64,000 nt of DNA from assembly GCA_963422645.2 (NCBI GenBank), contig CAXXVO010000011.1, forward strand, positions 27,893-91,892, in the 5' to 3' direction. The translations under genes and the position numbers were made by a program. Shown piece after piece: positions 26,179 to 36,322 of the stretch. Positions within the stretch are counted from its first letter, which is position 1. The number at the start of each line of letters is the position of its first letter. The notes under the pieces are model-generated. The model was not told the DNA's origin, did not search any database, and saw only the letters and a list, made by a program, of their open reading frames with translations. The stretch comes from Alphaproteobacteria bacterium (GTDB lineage Bacteria; Pseudomonadota; Alphaproteobacteria; UBA828).

Positions 26179-26380
26179 CCCGCCGCCGGCCTCCCTTGCG
26201 GCCCGGTTGCCCCGGTGGGCCAACAGGGACCCCCCACGCGGCTTCGCTCCGCGTAGCGCAGGGCGCCACACGAAGCCGCGCGGGTCCCCCCTATTGGCTA
26301 CCGGGACAACCTCCGCCGTGCCACTCAGGGGGGTCAATTTTGCACGCCGATCGGGGGTCAGTATTGAAAGCCGATTGACA

Positions 26381-26493
26381 CTCGGGCGCGACACCCAGCG
26401 AAAAACCGCCTGAAACAACCGAAATGTATCAGAATTCAAGGAGTTCCCGGCACGCTGCCCAGAACAGCCAGCATCACGAGGTCAGGAAGTCTG
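26381..26493. mobile_element. 113-bp right-end remnant of the outer unclassified IS
   Basis: It lies between the IS21 right end and the terminal 16-bp IR GAGGTCAGGAAGTCTG. The intact copy has about 250 bp between its transposase start and this end, so the rest has been lost here. Confidence 0.7.
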
Positions 26494-26498
26494 ACGAT

Positions 26499-28370
26499 AC
26501 GACCGTGGTGATCCCGCCCCGCTGCGAGGCGGCGATAGACGCGCGCGGCAACATCGTGATCGACTGCGCAAGCGCCGTGGCACAGCACGGGCACGACCTG
26601 GCTGCGCCGATCATGCAGCGCGTCATCGGCGGCGCCTTTACCGCCATCGCGCAGGAGATGGCGGGCGTGCTCTACCGCATGTCCTATTCCTCGATCATCC
26701 GCGAATCGGAAGACCTCGGCGCCGGCATCTTCGACCGCGACGGCCTCATGCTGGCGGAATCGGAATCGACGCCGATGTTCATGGGCGCGATGCCGCGCAT
26801 CGTCCAGAACGTGATCGAGCTGCTCGACGGCGACATCCACGAAGGCGACATCATCTTCCACAACGACCCCTACTACGGGGCCACGCATTCGCCGGACTGC
26901 GCCATCGTGATGCCGATCTACCGCCGGGACGAGCTGGTCGGGTTCGCGGGCGCGTCGGCCCACCTGCTCGATATCGGCGGCGCCTATCCGGGGCTCAACA
27001 TCGACGCGGTCGACATCTACGCCGAAGGCAACATCTACCGGGCCGTGAAGCTCGCGATAAAAGGTGTGCGGCAGGATGGGCTCTGGAAGCACATTCTGGA
27101 GAACATGCGCACGCCGACGCCCAACGAGGGCGACATCCAGGCGATGATCGCAGCCTGCGAGCTCGCCAAGCGACGCTATATCGATCTCATCGAGCGCTAC
27201 GGGCAGGGTGCCGTCGACGCGGCCGGCCAGCACTGGATGAGCTATTCGGAGCAGATGCTCAGGCGCGAGATCGCCAAGATTCCCGACGGCGAATACGAGA
27301 CCGGGCTCGGCTATCTCGACGACGACGGGGTCAACCGGGGCCGCAAGCTGCCGGTCAAGGTCAAGGTGATCATTGAAGGCGACGAGATCACCTACGACCT
27401 CACCGGCTCCAGCGACGAGGTGCCGACCGGCTACAACGTTCCCTTCGAGGGCACGACCTGCTCAGCCATGTCCTTCATCACGCGGATGATCTTCCTCGAT
27501 ACCGTGACGCACCCGGTCTACGTGCCGCAGAACGAGGGTATGACCCGGCCGATCAACGTGATCGCGCCCAAGGGCTCGATCTTCAATCCCAATTTCCCGC
27601 GCTCCTGCTTCGCCCGCTTCTGCCAGATGCAGCGCGCCGTCGACCTGGTGCTCCGCGCGCTCGCCCCGGTGGTGCCCGAGAAGGTGACCGCGGGCAACTC
27701 GGCGCACCTGCACTTCATCTCCTACTCCGGCTTCGACACGGATCAGGGCGAGTACTGGGTCTATCTGGAGGTCGACGAAGGCTCCTACGGCGGCCGCCCG
27801 GATCGTGACGGCATGGACGCCGTGGATTGCCTCATCGCCAACACCCGCAACAACCCGATCGAGGAGCTGGAATGGCGCTTCCCGATCCGCACCGAGCGCT
27901 ACGAGCTGCGCAACGAGTCCTGTGCCGCCGGCAAGTGGCGGGGCGGCATCGGCATGGTGCGGGTCAACAAGATGCTGGTCGACACCATCGTCACCTGCGA
28001 GGGGGAGCGGCACGAATCCGACGAGCCTTGGGGAGTCTTCGGCGGCATGCCGGGGCTGAACGCCTCCGTGGTGCGAAACCGTGGCGGGGCGGACGAAGAG
28101 GCGTGGCCGTCGAAGTTCACCGGCTTCCGGCTCGCCGCAGGCGACAGCATCGAGATCACGGTGCCCAATTCGGGCGGCTACGGCGATCCGCTGGAGCGCG
28201 ACCCTGCGCTCGTGCTCGCGGACGTGTTCGACGGCTTCACCACCATCGAGCGCGCGCGGAACGACTACGGCGTCGTGATCGAACCGGCACCGATGCGGCT
28301 CGATGAGGAGGCGACCCGCCGGCTACGCGCCGAACGCTCCGGCGCAGCACGCCAACCGGCGCCGGCCTGA
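26499..28370 (+). pseudogene. 3' portion (end of HyuA-like domain, short linker, HyuB-like domain; 623 codons) of the interrupted fused hydantoinase/oxoprolinase gene
   Basis: The frame of ORF 26424..28370 reads TTVVIPPRCEAAIDARGNIVID (the HyuA C-terminus). It then continues without a stop into IMQRVIGGAFTAIAQEMAGVLYRMSYSSIIRESEDLGAGIFD and the rest of a hydantoinase B/oxoprolinase domain. Confidence 0.85.
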
Positions 28371-28422
28371 GGAAAGGACCGAGGGGCTTCCCCGACAAGG
28401 CCGAGGCTATCCCGCCTGCGCC

Positions 28423-30896
28423 CCAATGGCATTCATTTGGCGCGAAGATTGTTCCGGGGTTTTTTGGTGGTGTCGTAACGAGTTGATTTCTTGTGTGGAT
28501 TGTCGGTCTCGGCGTTTCCCGCACGAGGGGGATTGACCGGCGGCGTGTGCTTTGGCACACTGTGGCTGTCCCCCTGTCAGTGGAGCCGGCCCATGGACCC
28601 CCGCATCACCGCGCTGAAGTCGACGACCTTTTTCGGCAGACGTCTGACCCGCCGGCAGATTGCCGACATCCAGGAGACGGTGGCGCTGTTTCCGGCGATC
28701 AGCCGCAACGAGCTCGGGCACACGATCTGCGAGCATTTGAACTGGCGCGCGCCGAGCGGGCGGAACCGTGTCGCGGTCTGCCTGCGGATGCTGGAGGAGT
28801 TGGAGCGGCTGGGCATCCTGACCCTGCCGGCGCGGGACGAGGCGCAGGTGCGGGGGCCGCAGGAGGCGATGGCCCGGAGCGAGCGGACGGCGCCGGCCGC
28901 GGCGATCGCGGAGGACCTGGCCGCGCTGATGCCGCTGCGCCTGTCGATTGCGGCGGGCAAGGAGGAGGGCGGGCTGTGGAACGAGTTCGTCGCGCGCCAC
29001 CACTATCTCGGGCTGCATCGTCTGGTCGGCGCGCATCTGCGCTATTTTCTCCTGGACCGCCACGGGCGGCCTCTGGGCTGCCTTCTGTTTGCCCGGGCGT
29101 CGCTGAGCTGCCCTGCCGCGACGAGTGGATCGGGTGGCCGGCGGAAGGCTTCCGCAAGCACCTCGATCTGGTCGTGGGTCACACGCGTTTCCTGATCTTT
29201 CCCTGGGTCCGGGTCGACAACCTGGCGTCGAAAGCGCTGTCGATGGCGCTGCGCCAGCTGCCCGGCGACTGGGAGGCGCGCTTCGGAGCGCGCCCGGTTC
29301 TGGTGGAGACCTTCGTGGACCCCAGCCTCTTCGACGGCGCCTGCTACCGCGCGGCCAACTGGCGCTGTCTCGGCGAGACCGGGGGCGGCAAGGGCAAGAC
29401 CCGCAAAAGCGTCTACGTCTACCCGCTGACGCCGGACTTCCGCTCGATCCTGCTCGAAGGCCCGCGGCCGGCGCGGCGCGGGAACAGGACACGGCCGGCA
29501 GCGCTGGCGCCGGACGATCCCTTCGTGGCGCTGTGGCAGGACCTGATCGGCGCACTGGCGGCGGTGGCCGCCGATCACGACCGGGTGTGGCAGAGCCGCC
29601 GGCGGGTCCTCGACACCCTTCTCGTCATGCTCTTCATCTTCCGGCTGGCGTTCTCGAACGGCCGCGCGGGCTACGCCACGACGCTGGCCGGGCTGTGGGA
29701 GCAGTGCCGGGTCCTGGGCGTCGCACTGCCGCAGCCGGCGCCGGTCTCGGCCTCGGCGATGTGCATGGCGCGGGCCAAGGTCGACGAGGCGGTGTTCAAG
29801 ACGCTGCACGCCGAGATCCTCAAGCGCGCCGACGGCCCGGCCTGGAAGGGCCACCGCGTGTTCGCGGTCGACGGCTCCAAGCTCAACCTGCCGCGGCCGC
29901 TGCTCAAGGCCGGCTACCGCACGCCCTCCGAGGCGGCCCACTACCCGCAGGGCCTGCTGAGTTGCCTCTACCGGCTGCACGCGAACATCCCGGTGGACTT
30001 CGACCTGGTCGCGCACGGCGACGAAAGAAGGGCCGCCCTCGCCCACCTCAAGGCGCTCTCGGCCAACGACATCGTGGTCTATGACCGCGGCTACTACTCT
30101 TGGGAGATGCTGCACGCCCATGTCGCCCGCGGCCTGCACCCCGTGTTCCGGATCAAGAAGAAGGCAGGCGCCGCCCTCGACGCCTTCATCGCCGACGGCC
30201 GCACGGACGCGCCGATCACCGTCGCTCCCGGAAAGGACACCCTGAGAAAGCTGCGCCGCAAGACGCCGCACGTCGACGCCACCCCGCTGCGCCTGCGACT
30301 GGTCCGCTACCGCATCGGCAGCACGGTCTTCATCCTCGCCACCACCCTCCTCGACCCCAAGGCCTGGAGCGTCGCGGAACTGGCCGAGCTCTATCACGCG
30401 CGCTGGGGAATCGAGGAACTCTACAAGACCTCGAAACAGGCCATGGCCGTCGAGGCCTTCCACAGCCAGACCGAGCGCGGCGTCCGCCAGGAGCTCTTCG
30501 CCCACTTCAACCTCATCGCCATGACCCGGCTCTTCACCAACCGCAGCAACGCAAGCCTCGACGCCGAGCGCCCTGCCGACGGCAAGCCGGCGATGAAAGC
30601 CAACTTCAGCAACGGCCTCGCCACCGTCGCGCGCAACCTCGAAGCGCTGCTGCTGCGCCATACGGCGATGGTCGCCGAAACCCTCAGCCATGTCCTCTCC
30701 TGCATCAACCAGGCGCGTCAGCGCCCGCGCCCCGGCCGGTCCTGCGAACGCAGGTCGCGCAAACCCCGCGGCAAGTGGGCACGCGCAAAGCGGGCCGTCG
30801 CCTGAACACCTGAACGACAGAAACGCACGCAACCGACAGCGCAAGAACACGACTCCTTAAGTGAACAGTCGAAAACCGCTAAGTGAATGCCATTGG
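28423..30896 (+). mobile_element. insertion sequence (2474 bp) encoding a DUF4338-DDE transposase
   Basis: The left IR is CCAATGGCATTCATTTGGCG (28423-). The reverse complement of the right end is CCAATGGCATTCACTTAGCG (-30896). An 8-bp direct duplication CCTGCGCC lies at 28415-28422 and 30897-30904. Confidence 0.88.
28593..30805 (+). pseudogene. DUF4338 domain fused to IS4-like DDE transposase, frameshifted near 29091-29110
   Basis: The first frame (from ATG 28593) reads MDPRITALKSTTFFGRRLTRRQIADIQETV...GCLLFARAS. The second frame continues LPCRDEWIGWPAEGFRKHLDLVVGHTRFLIFPWV...NLASKAL (DUF4338-like). DDE motifs follow (VFAVDGSKL, VVYDRGYYS, LYHARWGIEELYKTSKQ). There is no slippery heptamer at the shift. 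Confidence 0.75.
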
Positions 30897-30961
30897 CCTG
30901 CGCCCGGCGTGTGATAAGAGAGCAAAACGCAAGCTGATCGCACGATGTAGGGAGAGGACAC

Positions 30962-32410
30962 ATGATGGGCGGTATTTCCGAAGCTTACGGCTCACTCGAC
31001 GGCATGGGGCTCGCCGCCCTGGTCAGGAAGGGAGAGGTCTCGCCGAGCGAGGTGCTCGAAGAGGCGATAAGCCGCGCCGAGGCGGTCAATGGAACGCTCA
31101 ACTTCCTCACCTACAAGGCTTACGAGGAAGGCCGCAAGATGGCGGCCGACCCGGCGCTCCCCAATGGCCCTTTCAAGGGCGTGCCCTGGCTCGTGAAGGA
31201 GATCGCGACCGATTGGACTGGGCTGCAGAACACCAACGCCTGCCCCTACTTCAAGGACATCGTCTCGACCAGCGACAGCGAGCAGGTGAAGCGCGTCAAG
31301 AAGGCGGGCTTCGTGCTGCTCGGCAAGTCAAACTCGCCGGAGGCCGGCTGGGCGCTCTCCACCGAGCCCAAGATGTACGGCCCGACCCTCAATCCCTGGG
31401 ACACGTCGCGCACGCCCGGCGGCTCCTCCGGCGGCTCGGCGGCGGCGGTCGCGGCCCGCGTGCTGCCGCTGGCCGAGGCGAGCGACGGCGGCGGCTCCAT
31501 CCGCACGCCCGCGTGCCATTCCGGCCTGGTCGGCCTCAAGCCCGCGCGCGGGCGCATCACGATGGCGCCGGGCGCGGACTTCTGGTACGGCGGCGTCACC
31601 TTCCTCTGCGTCTCGCGCTCGGTCCGCGACACGGCCGCTTTCTTCGATACCGTGGGTGGGCCGCTCCCCGGCGATCCCTACTACGCAGTGATGCCGGAGA
31701 CCCCCTACCTCGACGAGATTGGCAAAGACCCAGGCTCGCTCTCGATCGCCATGGTCACCGCCTCGCCCGAGGGCTGCACTCCGGTGGACGCAGAAGTGCG
31801 CGAGGGGATCGAGAACACCGGGAAGCTGCTGGAGAGCCTCGGCCATCGGGTCACGCCGGAGGCCGTGCCCTACGACTTCTGGCCGCTCTACGACGCCTAC
31901 ATGCGGATCGGCGCCGTGGTCACGGCGGCCTGGTTCGATGGCTCCGCCGAACTCGTCGGCCACACCCTCAGGCAGGACGAGACCGAGAACCTCTATTGGA
32001 CAACCATCGAGAGGGGTCGCAGCACCTCGGCGGTCGATCACCACAACGATGTCGCTCAACTGCGCGCCATGTGCCGCGACATCGTGGGCCGCATGGCCGC
32101 CTACGACGCATGGCTCTGCCCGGTGGTGCCGATGGTGGCGCGCAAGATCGGCTACTACGACATGTCCCGCGATTGCGACGACTACAACGCGAACATCATG
32201 GGGCCGGATTGCGCCTTCACCCAGCCTTTCAACGCGACCGGCTCTCCCGGCATCTCGTTGCCGCTACACTGGACGGCCGACGGCGTGCCGGTGGGCTCCC
32301 AGCTGGTCGGGCGCGACCTCGACGAGGCACTGCTCTTCCGCCTCGCCGGCCAGCTCGAACAGGCGCAGCCCTGGATTGATCGCATTCCGCCGGTCAACGC
32401 GGGGGCGTGA
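30962..32410 (+). CDS. amidase-signature family amidohydrolase
   Basis: 482 aa with the GGSSGGSAAAV and SDGGGSIRTPA amidase-signature motifs. Confidence 0.9.
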   Translation: MMGGISEAYGSLDGMGLAALVRKGEVSPSEVLEEAISRAEAVNGTLNFLTYKAYEEGRKMAADPALPNGPFKGVPWLVKEIATDWTGLQNTNACPYFKDIVSTSDSEQVKRVKKAGFVLLGKSNSPEAGWALSTEPKMYGPTLNPWDTSRTPGGSSGGSAAAVAARVLPLAEASDGGGSIRTPACHSGLVGLKPARGRITMAPGADFWYGGVTFLCVSRSVRDTAAFFDTVGGPLPGDPYYAVMPETPYLDEIGKDPGSLSIAMVTASPEGCTPVDAEVREGIENTGKLLESLGHRVTPEAVPYDFWPLYDAYMRIGAVVTAAWFDGSAELVGHTLRQDETENLYWTTIERGRSTSAVDHHNDVAQLRAMCRDIVGRMAAYDAWLCPVVPMVARKIGYYDMSRDCDDYNANIMGPDCAFTQPFNATGSPGISLPLHWTADGVPVGSQLVGRDLDEALLFRLAGQLEQAQPWIDRIPPVNAGA

Positions 32411-32460
32411 TCGCTCCCTCGACCGGTCAGACAACGAGACACCACAGGAGGCCAAGACCC

Positions 32461-33596
32461 ATGAGAAAATCACTTAGCCTGTTGACGGCAGCGGTTGCAG
32501 CGATGGCGCTGGCAACGGCTGCCCATGCCGAGACTCTCAAGGTCGGCATGATCACGACACTCTCCGGCGGCGGTGCCAGCCTCGGCATCGACGTGCGCGA
32601 CGGCTTCATGCTCGCCGTCAAGCAGGCCGGCGCCGATATCGAGGTGATCGTGGATGACGACCAGCGCAAGCCGGCGCCGTCCAGCTCGCCGACAAGATGA
32701 TACAAAGCGACAAGGTGGACGTGCTGACCGGCATCATCTGGTCGAACCTCGCCATCGCGGTCGTGCCCGCGGCGGTGCAGCAGGGCAAGTTCTACCTCTC
32801 GCCCAACGCTGGCCCTTCGCTCCTCGCCGGCGAGCGGTGCCACGCGAACTACTTCAACGTTGCCTGGCAGAACGACAACCTGCACGAGGCCGCAGGCGCC
32901 TATGCAAACAGCGCAGGGTTCGCCAACAGCTTCATCCTCGCGCCAAATTACCCCGCCGGGAAGGACGCCCTGACCGGGTACAAGCGGCTCTACGAGGGCG
33001 AGATCGTGGGCGAGGTCTACACCAAGCTGGGCGCGAACGAGTACGCGGCCGAGATCGCACAAATTCGCGCTTCGGGCGCCGAGAGCGTGTTCTTCTTCCT
33101 GCCCGGCGGCATGGGGATCGCCTTCCTCAAGCAGTATGCGCAATCCGGGCTCGACATCCCGCTGGTCGGCCCCGCCTTCTCCTTCGACCAGGGCATTCTA
33201 CAGGCGGTGGGCGAGGCCGCAGTCGGCGTGAAGAACACCTCGCAGTGGTCCAAGGATATCGACAATCCGACCAACAAGGCCTTCGTCGAGAGCTTCCAGG
33301 CCGAATACGGCCGCCTGCCCTCGCTCTACGCGAGCCAGGGCTTCGACACGGCGAACCTGCTGGTCTCGGCCATGGGCAAGGCGAGCGTCTCGGATGCCGA
33401 TGCCTTCCATGCGGCGTTGGAGGCGGCCGACTTCAGCTCCACGCGCGGTGCCTTCTCGTTCGCGTCGAATCACCATCCGGTGCAGGACATCTACGTGCGC
33501 GAAGTGATCAAGGAAGGCGATGTCTTCACCAACAAGATCATCGGCACGGCGCTGACCGACCACGCCAACGCCTATATCGAAGACTGCGCGATGTAA
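32461..33596 (+). pseudogene. branched-chain amino acid (Liv-type) ABC substrate-binding protein, apparent 1-nt frameshift near 32671-32678
   Basis: ATG 32461 follows ACAGGAGG. A signal peptide (MRKSLSLLTAAVAAMALATAAHA) is followed by TLKVGMITTLSGGGA...DDDQRKP in one frame. The protein continues AVQLADKMIQSDKVDVLTGIIWSN... in the next frame (ORF 32697..33596). Confidence 0.75.
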
Positions 33597-33612
33597 CCTG
33601 CGTGCACGCGGG

Positions 33613-33646
33613 GAACGGGCCGTTTAGCGCGGCCCGTTCTTTTTAT
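33613..33646 (+). terminator. rho-independent terminator/attenuator after the binding-protein gene
   Basis: The stem is GAACGGGCCG(7-nt loop)CGGCCCGTTC, followed by TTTTTAT. Confidence 0.7.
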
Positions 33647-33659
33647 CCGGGCTAACGAG

Positions 33660-34583
33660 TTGGCGGTCTCGCTCATCGTCGAGCAGCTCCTGAACGGCCT
33701 TCAGTTCGGCTTCATGCTCTTTCTGATGGCCGCAGGGCTGACGCTCATCTTCGGCGTCATGGGCCTCATAAACCTGGCTCACGGCTCGTTCTACATGATC
33801 GGCGCGTTCGCCTGCGCGGCGGTCGCAGCCGCAACCGGCTCCTACTGGGTGGGGCTCGCGGCGAGCCTGGCGGCGGCCGCGGCAGCCGGCGCCGTCGTCG
33901 AGATCGTCGTGATCCGGCGGCTCTACCGCCGCGACCATCTGGATCAGGTGCTCGCGACCTTCGCACTGATCTTGGTCTTCTCCGAAGGCACCCGCTGGGT
34001 GTTCGGCTCCTTTCCGCTCTATCTCACCGTGCCCGAGATTCTCTCGGGCCCGGTCGCGCTGCCGGGCGGGATCGACTACCCGCTCTTCCGCTTCGCGATC
34101 ATCCTGATCGGACTGCTGATCGCCGTCGGCCTCCACCTCCTGATCACGCGCACGCGCCTCGGCATCCGCATCCGGGCCGGCGAATCCGACCGAGAGATGA
34201 TCGCCGCCCTCGGTGTCGACATCCGCAAGCTCTACACCACCGTGTTCGCGCTCGGCGCCGCGCTGGCGGGCTTCGCGGGCGCGCTGGTGGGCACGCTTCA
34301 GTCAGTGCAGGTGGGCATGGGTGAGCCCGTGCTGATCCTGGCCTTCGTCGTCATCATCATCGGTGGCATCGGCTCCATCGGAGGCGCCCTGGTCGGCGCG
34401 CTGCTGGTGGGGCTTAGCGATACCCTCGGGCGCTTCCTGCTGCCGGTCGCGTTTGGCACGTTCATGGAATCGTCGAGCGCCACTAACGTCGGCTCGGCGC
34501 TGGCCTCGATGTTCATCTACATCCTGATGGCGCTGGTTCTCTTCCTACGCCCGACCGGCCTGTTCGGACTCAAGGCGCACTAG
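33660..34583 (+). CDS. livH: branched-chain amino acid ABC transporter permease
   Basis: 307 aa, polytopic and LivH-like (INLAHGSFYMIGAF). TTG start as given in the ORF track. Confidence 0.85.
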   Translation: MAVSLIVEQLLNGLQFGFMLFLMAAGLTLIFGVMGLINLAHGSFYMIGAFACAAVAAATGSYWVGLAASLAAAAAAGAVVEIVVIRRLYRRDHLDQVLATFALILVFSEGTRWVFGSFPLYLTVPEILSGPVALPGGIDYPLFRFAIILIGLLIAVGLHLLITRTRLGIRIRAGESDREMIAALGVDIRKLYTTVFALGAALAGFAGALVGTLQSVQVGMGEPVLILAFVVIIIGGIGSIGGALVGALLVGLSDTLGRFLLPVAFGTFMESSSATNVGSALASMFIYILMALVLFLRPTGLFGLKAH

Positions 34584-34584
34584 G

Positions 34585-35565
34585 ATGAGCCGCGAGGCGG
34601 CCATCAGCCTCCTGATCGCGGCCGGGCTGCTTGCCGCGCCGCTGCTCGGCAACGCCTTCGACGAACCCTTCGTCATCACGCTGGCGACGAAGGTGGCGAT
34701 CCTCGGGCTTGCCGGCACCGGGCTCAATATCGCCCTCGGCTACGGCGGAATGGTCTCGCTCGGCCACGCGGCGTTCTTCGGGCTAGGCGGCTATGCGGCC
34801 GGCATCCTCGCGAGCCACGCGCTCAACTACGAGCCCCTCTTCACCGCGCCGCTGCTGGTCGAAGGCACGACGCAGATGCTGATCATCTGGCCCGTCGCAA
34901 TCGTCGTCAGCGGCGTCGCGGCGCTGGTGATCGGCGCGCTCTCCTTACGCACCACCGGCGTCTTCTTCATCATGATCACCTTGGCCTTCGCCCAGATGGT
35001 CTACTACTTCGCCATCTCGTGGCCGGCCTACGGCGGCGAGGACGGGCTCTCGATCTACATCAGGAACGAGTTTCCGGGGCTCAACACGCTCAACCCGCTC
35101 CACTTCTTCGTCATCTGCTACGTCCTCCTCATCCTTGCGATCGGCTTTTCCTTCCTGCTCTCGCAGTCGCGCTTCGGGCTCGCGCTGGGCGGCGCGCGGC
35201 AGAACGCGCAGCGGCTGGCAACCGTGGGCATCAGCCCCTTCCGCGTGAAGCTCACCGCCTTCGTGATCTCGGGCATGATGGCGGGGCTCGCCGGCGCGCT
35301 CTATGCCGACCTCAACCGTTTCGTGAGCCCGTCGATGCTGTCGTGGCACACCTCGGGCGAGATCATGGTGTTCGTAATCCTGGGCGGCACGAGACGGCTG
35401 TTCGGGCCTGCCGCCGGCGCCGCGCTCTATATCGTGCTGGAAAACACGCTGGGCGACGTCAGCGAGCACTGGCTTCTGCTGCTCGGCGCGCTGCTGGTCG
35501 CGCTGGTGCTCTTCGCCCGCGGCGGAATCATCGGCATTCTCGCAGGCCAACCCCGCCATGCCTGA
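34585..35565 (+). CDS. livM: branched-chain amino acid ABC transporter permease
   Basis: 326 aa, polytopic and LivM-like (GYGGMVSLGHAAFFGLGGY). Confidence 0.85.
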   Translation: MSREAAISLLIAAGLLAAPLLGNAFDEPFVITLATKVAILGLAGTGLNIALGYGGMVSLGHAAFFGLGGYAAGILASHALNYEPLFTAPLLVEGTTQMLIIWPVAIVVSGVAALVIGALSLRTTGVFFIMITLAFAQMVYYFAISWPAYGGEDGLSIYIRNEFPGLNTLNPLHFFVICYVLLILAIGFSFLLSQSRFGLALGGARQNAQRLATVGISPFRVKLTAFVISGMMAGLAGALYADLNRFVSPSMLSWHTSGEIMVFVILGGTRRLFGPAAGAALYIVLENTLGDVSEHWLLLLGALLVALVLFARGGIIGILAGQPRHA

Positions 35566-36322
35566 GCCGATCCTCCAGACCGAGAAGCTCTCCAAACGCT
35601 TCGGCGCGGTGGTCGCGAGCGACGAGGTAACGCTCGACCTCAAGCCCGGCGAGATTCACGCGCTGATCGGCCCCAACGGTGCGGGAAAGTCCACCGTCAT
35701 CAAGCAAATCGCGGGCGAGATCCGGCAGGACGGCGGCTCGATCCGCTTCGCCGGCCGCGACGTCGACCGCCTGGACATGGTGGCGCGCGCCCGGCTCGGG
35801 CTAGCGCGGACCTTCCAGGTCTCATCCGTCGCGCCGGAGTTCTCGACGCTGCAGAACGTCATGCTGGCGATCCAGTCGGTGGAGCGGAAGACCTTCCGCT
35901 TTGTCAGGCCGGCACTCAGGGACACCCCGCTGGTCGAGCAGGCGATGTCCCATCTCGTGCACCTCCTGCTGGACGACAGGGCCGAGATCCGCGCGGGCGA
36001 TCTGTCGCACGGCGAGAAGCGGGCGCTGGAGATCGCCATCGCGCTCGCGCTCAGGCCCAAGGCGTTCCTGCTCGACGAGCCCATGGCGGGCATGGGGCCG
36101 GAGAACACGGCGAAGCTGATCGAGATTCTCGACGGGCTGCGGACAGAGGCCCCGATCCTGCTGGTCGAGCACGACATGGATGCGGTCTTCGCCCTTGCGG
36201 ACCGTATCTCCGTCATCGTCTACGGCCGCATCATCGCAAGCGGAACGCCGGAGCAGATACGTGCCAACGAGGAGGTGCGCCGCGCCTACCTCGGGGACGA
36301 GGGCCATGACGGCCCTGCTTGA
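35558..36322 (+). CDS. livG: branched-chain amino acid ABC transporter ATP-binding protein
   Basis: 254 aa with Walker A GPNGAGKST, signature LSHGEKRALEIA and Walker B LLDEP. Confidence 0.9.
   Translation: MPEPILQTEKLSKRFGAVVASDEVTLDLKPGEIHALIGPNGAGKSTVIKQIAGEIRQDGGSIRFAGRDVDRLDMVARARLGLARTFQVSSVAPEFSTLQNVMLAIQSVERKTFRFVRPALRDTPLVEQAMSHLVHLLLDDRAEIRAGDLSHGEKRALEIAIALALRPKAFLLDEPMAGMGPENTAKLIEILDGLRTEAPILLVEHDMDAVFALADRISVIVYGRIIASGTPEQIRANEEVRRAYLGDEGHDGPA

Larger units (their letters stand above)
23833..26380 (+). mobile_element. IS21-family insertion sequence (2548 bp)
   Basis: The left end is TGTTAAGCG...TGACCCCC...GATCGGCGTCCAAAATTGACCCCC. The reverse complement of the right end is TGTCAATCGG...TGACCCCCGATCGGCGTGCAAAATTGACCCCC. 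The element carries istA and istB. I see no flanking direct repeat. Confidence 0.88.

Noticed and set aside
23835-26439. Minus-strand ORFs 23835..25091 (418 aa) and 25366..26439 (357 aa)
   Set aside because: They are antisense to istA and istB of the IS21-family element.
26424-26498. Apparent N-terminus MYQNSRSSRHAAQNSQHHEVRKSD of ORF 26424..28370
   Set aside because: These codons are read-through of the IS right end (the terminal IR lies at 26478-26493). The genuine gene sequence resumes at 26499.
29042-30850. 602-aa minus-strand ORF
   Set aside because: It is antisense to the DUF4338-DDE transposase frame and has shadow-ORF composition.
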